From Octopus sinensis (Eukaryota), in contig NW_021828311.1 of the NCBI RefSeq assembly GCF_006345805.1, positions 1 to 8,933 of the forward strand: DNA of 8,933 nucleotides, written 5' to 3'. Positions 6,432-8,933 of the stretch are shown here, piece by piece. The notes beneath the pieces are model-generated. The model was not told where the DNA came from. It worked only from the letters and a program-made list of their open reading frames with translations, and searched no databases. How positions within the stretch are numbered: position 1 is the first letter of the stretch; every line of letters begins with the position of its first letter. Position numbers and translations under genes: made by a program.

Positions 6432-6584
6432 CTTTATTCATCAGTCTGATGAACGGCAACGAGAAACTCAGAGTAACAGATTTTGTTGAATTTTTTGCTG
6501 CTTTAAATAAAGCATATTACTCTACCACTGGTATTTGAGTACTCTTTTTTTCCACCTTGTTTCACATTTATGTGTTTACTCCGG
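6432..6584 (+). mobile_element. Second Penelope-like fragment, embedded between (TA)n tracts
   Basis: Flanked by AT/TA runs at 6417-6431 and 6585-6605. Contains a hammerhead-like core and AATAAA at 6506-6511. The family assignment is inference. Confidence 0.5.
6440..6481 (+). ncRNA. Minimal type I hammerhead ribozyme motif
   Basis: Stem I ATCAGT(6440-45)/ACAGAT(6476-81), 5 of 6 pairs; CTGATGA 6446-52; A-CG-GCAA-CG-A as stem II; GAAA 6463-66; stem III ACTC-A-GAGT (6466-74); cleavage triplet GTA (6473-75). The 10.1-11.1 pair is a non-canonical A.A. Confidence 0.6.
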
Positions 6585-6610
6585 TATATATATATATATA
6601 TATATGTAAA

Positions 6611-6787
6611 GCCGGTGTTGGTGTGTTGATGTGTGCGTAACCTGACGGTTCGGCAAAGCGACCGATAGAATAAGTACTAAGCCTATAAAGAAGTCCGGTG
6701 GTCGAATTGTTCGGCATAAATACTTCAAGGCGGAGCCCCAGCATGGCCGTAATCAAATGTCTGAAATAAGTAAAAGAATAAAAGAAT
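6611..6787 (+). mobile_element. 3' half of a family-C SINE
   Basis: Aligns with 8253-8397 (GGTGTGTT...CGTAAC...CGGTTCGGCAAA...GACCGATA...AAGGCGG...CCCCAGC...TCAAATG.CTGAAA.AAGTAAAAGA) and ends in (AAAAGAAT)2. Confidence 0.88.
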
Positions 6788-6881
6788 GTACATTTTAGCA
6801 GTAGACAATAAAGGAAAAATTGACGCGCCCACACATAGGCGCATGCGCACGCATGGAAATAGATAGGATATAACTTTAGAC

Positions 6882-7008
6882 TATATATATATATATATAT
6901 AATATAGATATATATATATACACACACATACATGCATACATACATATACATATATATATACACACACACAAACACACACACCACACACACACCCACATAT
7001 ATATATAT

Positions 7009-7040
<32 letters not shown>

Positions 7041-7042
7041 AT
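6882..7042. repeat. Compound (TA)n/(CA)n microsatellite
   Basis: Read directly. Confidence 0.97.
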
Positions 7043-7187
7043 AACGTAAATCCCAAGTCCTATTTAATACTCATGAATGAACTGGCAATATATCCCCGGG
7101 CGCCATTTTATCTGTAATCCTCTCTATCGCTGTGATATTTTACTTTCGTCGCTTTATATTTCAACTTCCACAAATTATCCGTTTCAT

Positions 7188-7196
7188 TCTCTCTCT

Positions 7197-7233
<37 letters not shown>

Positions 7234-7278
7234 GCGCGCACATATACGCACATACACACACACACACGCGTGCACGCG
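7188..7278. repeat. (CT)n followed by (CA)n/(CG) microsatellite
   Basis: Read directly. Confidence 0.96.
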
Positions 7279-7417
7279 CTTGTGAATAAGAAATTTGCAT
7301 CAGATAGATAACTTTGTAAGTCATCGGTTTAATATCCGCCATATTTCAATGCCGACGTAAGTTTAATGAATCTGCTTCGCCGTAATCTTTTTCTTATTCT
7401 ATTGGCCATATGGATGA

Positions 7418-7678
7418 TGTGTGTTTATGTGTGTGTGTGTGTTGTGTGTGTGTGTGTGTGTATGTGTGTGTGTGTGTTTATGTGTGTGTGTATGTGCATG
7501 CGCGTGTGTGTGTATGTGTGTGTGTGTGTGTTTATGTGTGCGTGTATGTGTGTGTGTGTGTGTGCATGCGCGCGTGGGTGTGTATGTGTGTGTGTGTGTG
7601 TGTGTGTGTTTATGTGTGTATGTGTGTGTGTGTGTGTGTGTTGTGTGCATTTATATATGTAAATATATATGTGTATGC
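7418..7678. repeat. Interrupted (TG)n microsatellite
   Basis: Read directly. Confidence 0.97.
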
Positions 7679-7861
7679 ACAAATTTTGATTTATAGTAAT
7701 TCCACTCTTGGGCTGATTATCATTCAATCTTATATACTTGAATGTTCCTTTCTGGCAGGTTCCTACTTTAAACTCGTTTTTCATTTCCACAGTCGTTTGA
7801 AAACAATAAAAAATACACAATAGAGAGTTCCAAATTAAGATGTCCGCATTGAGCGCATATA

Positions 7862-7890
7862 TACAGGGTGGGCCACAATTCATGACACAA
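7862..7890 (+). mobile_element. Possible orphan Tc1/mariner-type TIR
   Basis: TA followed by CAGGGTGGGCCACAATTCATGACAC resembles TA-CAGGGTG mariner-type termini. No partner TIR found. Confidence 0.25.
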
Positions 7891-7925
7891 CTTTTTAGTT
7901 ATTTTATTAATATATTAAAATATTT

Positions 7926-8010
7926 TATATATAAATTTATATATATATATATATAATATAATATCTATATATATATATATATAATATATATATATAATAT
8001 ATTATATATA
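7926..8010. repeat. (TA)n microsatellite
   Basis: Read directly. Confidence 0.97.
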
Positions 8011-8409
8011 GGCGTAGAAGTGGCTGTGTGGTAAGTAGCTTGCTTACGAACCACACGGTTCCGAGTTCAGTCCCACTGCGTAGCACCTCAGGCAAGTGTC
8101 TTCTACTATAGCCTCGGGCAGACCAAATTCTTGTGAGTGGATCTGGTAGACGGAAACTGAAAAAAACCCGTCGTATATATGTATATATATGTGTGTGTGT
8201 GTGTGTGTATACGTTTGTATGTCTGTGTTTGTCCTCCTTACATCGCTTGACAACCGATGCTGGTGTGTTTACGTCCCCGTAACTTAGCGGTTCGGCAAAA
8301 TAGACCGATACAAAGAATAAGTCCTGGGGTCGATTAGCTCGACTAAAGGCGGTGCCCCAGCCCGGCCACAGTCAAATGACTGAAACAAGTAAAAGAGTAC
8401 AGAGAGAGT
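8011..8409 (+). mobile_element. Full-length tRNA-derived SINE, family C (CORE-like domain, internal microsatellite)
   Basis: A-box TGGCTGTGTGG (8021-8031) and B-box-like GAGTTCAGTCC (8063-8073). The following GCACCTCAGGCAAGTGTCTT resembles the CORE-SINE motif CCTTGGGCAAGT. Internal (TA)/(TG) run at ~8174-8210; the 3' half matches 6611-6787. It resembles octopus OR-type SINEs from memory. The 3' end is approximate. Confidence 0.92.
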
Positions 8410-8643
8410 ATAACCTGATAAATTTTAAAATAATAAATTTAAACAATGCAATAGCAATAGAGTAAGAATGTTAAGAAATAAAATAATACAAGGACAATAA
8501 AATAAGCATATTAAGAAATATAACTAACTTACGGACCCCGCATCGCCAAAAGTGACGGCTAGTTGTAGTATTTTATGTATAAATAAGGTATAAAATAAGG
8601 TACATAATAATCACAGATACAAACATTCATATACATCTTTTGT

Positions 8644-8903
8644 ACACGCACGCACACACATACACTCATATACACACACAGAGTACACGCGCGCGCATAC
8701 ACACACATACACACTCATATATTCACATGACCCCCTTTTACATACACACACATATACTCACACAGAGTTGAAACGCTGTTTCATTTTTCTTTTCAGCGTT
8801 GAATGCTCACCATCCCACTTCCACACACACACAGACATACACACACATGCACACATGTATACACACACACATTCACATGACTCCCTTTTACATACACACA
8901 CAT
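8644..8903. repeat. Degenerate (CA)n region with a local 150-bp-spaced duplication
   Basis: ATTCACATGAC(C/T)CCCTTTTACATACACACACAT at 8721-8753 and 8871-8903 (32/33 identical). Confidence 0.9.
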
Positions 8904-8933
8904 GTCTTTTGAGGTCTCCGTTAGATTTGTCGA

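Overview
Repeat-dense eukaryotic genomic DNA, most likely intronic or intergenic. The SINE families and the extreme (CA)/(TG)/(TA) microsatellite load resemble, from memory, an octopus (coleoid cephalopod) genome; no search was run. Well supported from the sequence: six tRNA-derived SINE insertions from three families (two with exact 16-bp and 11-bp TSDs, one a tandem dimer), a complete 309-bp hAT-type MITE with an exact 8-bp TSD, many dinucleotide arrays and a ~600-bp ACN-rich trinucleotide array. Almost all ORFs in the supplied track are microsatellite artefacts. The most interesting signals are: (1) two divergently oriented hammerhead-ribozyme-like cores at 6318-6358 (-) and 6440-6481 (+) in Penelope-like fragments beside (TA)n tracts; (2) SINE copies with the same head and body but unrelated 3' tails, seen in two families; (3) a Thr-rich frame that one missing base would join to a non-repetitive coding-like stretch ending in a splice donor; (4) possible minus-strand exons at the left edge. 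No gene can be named.
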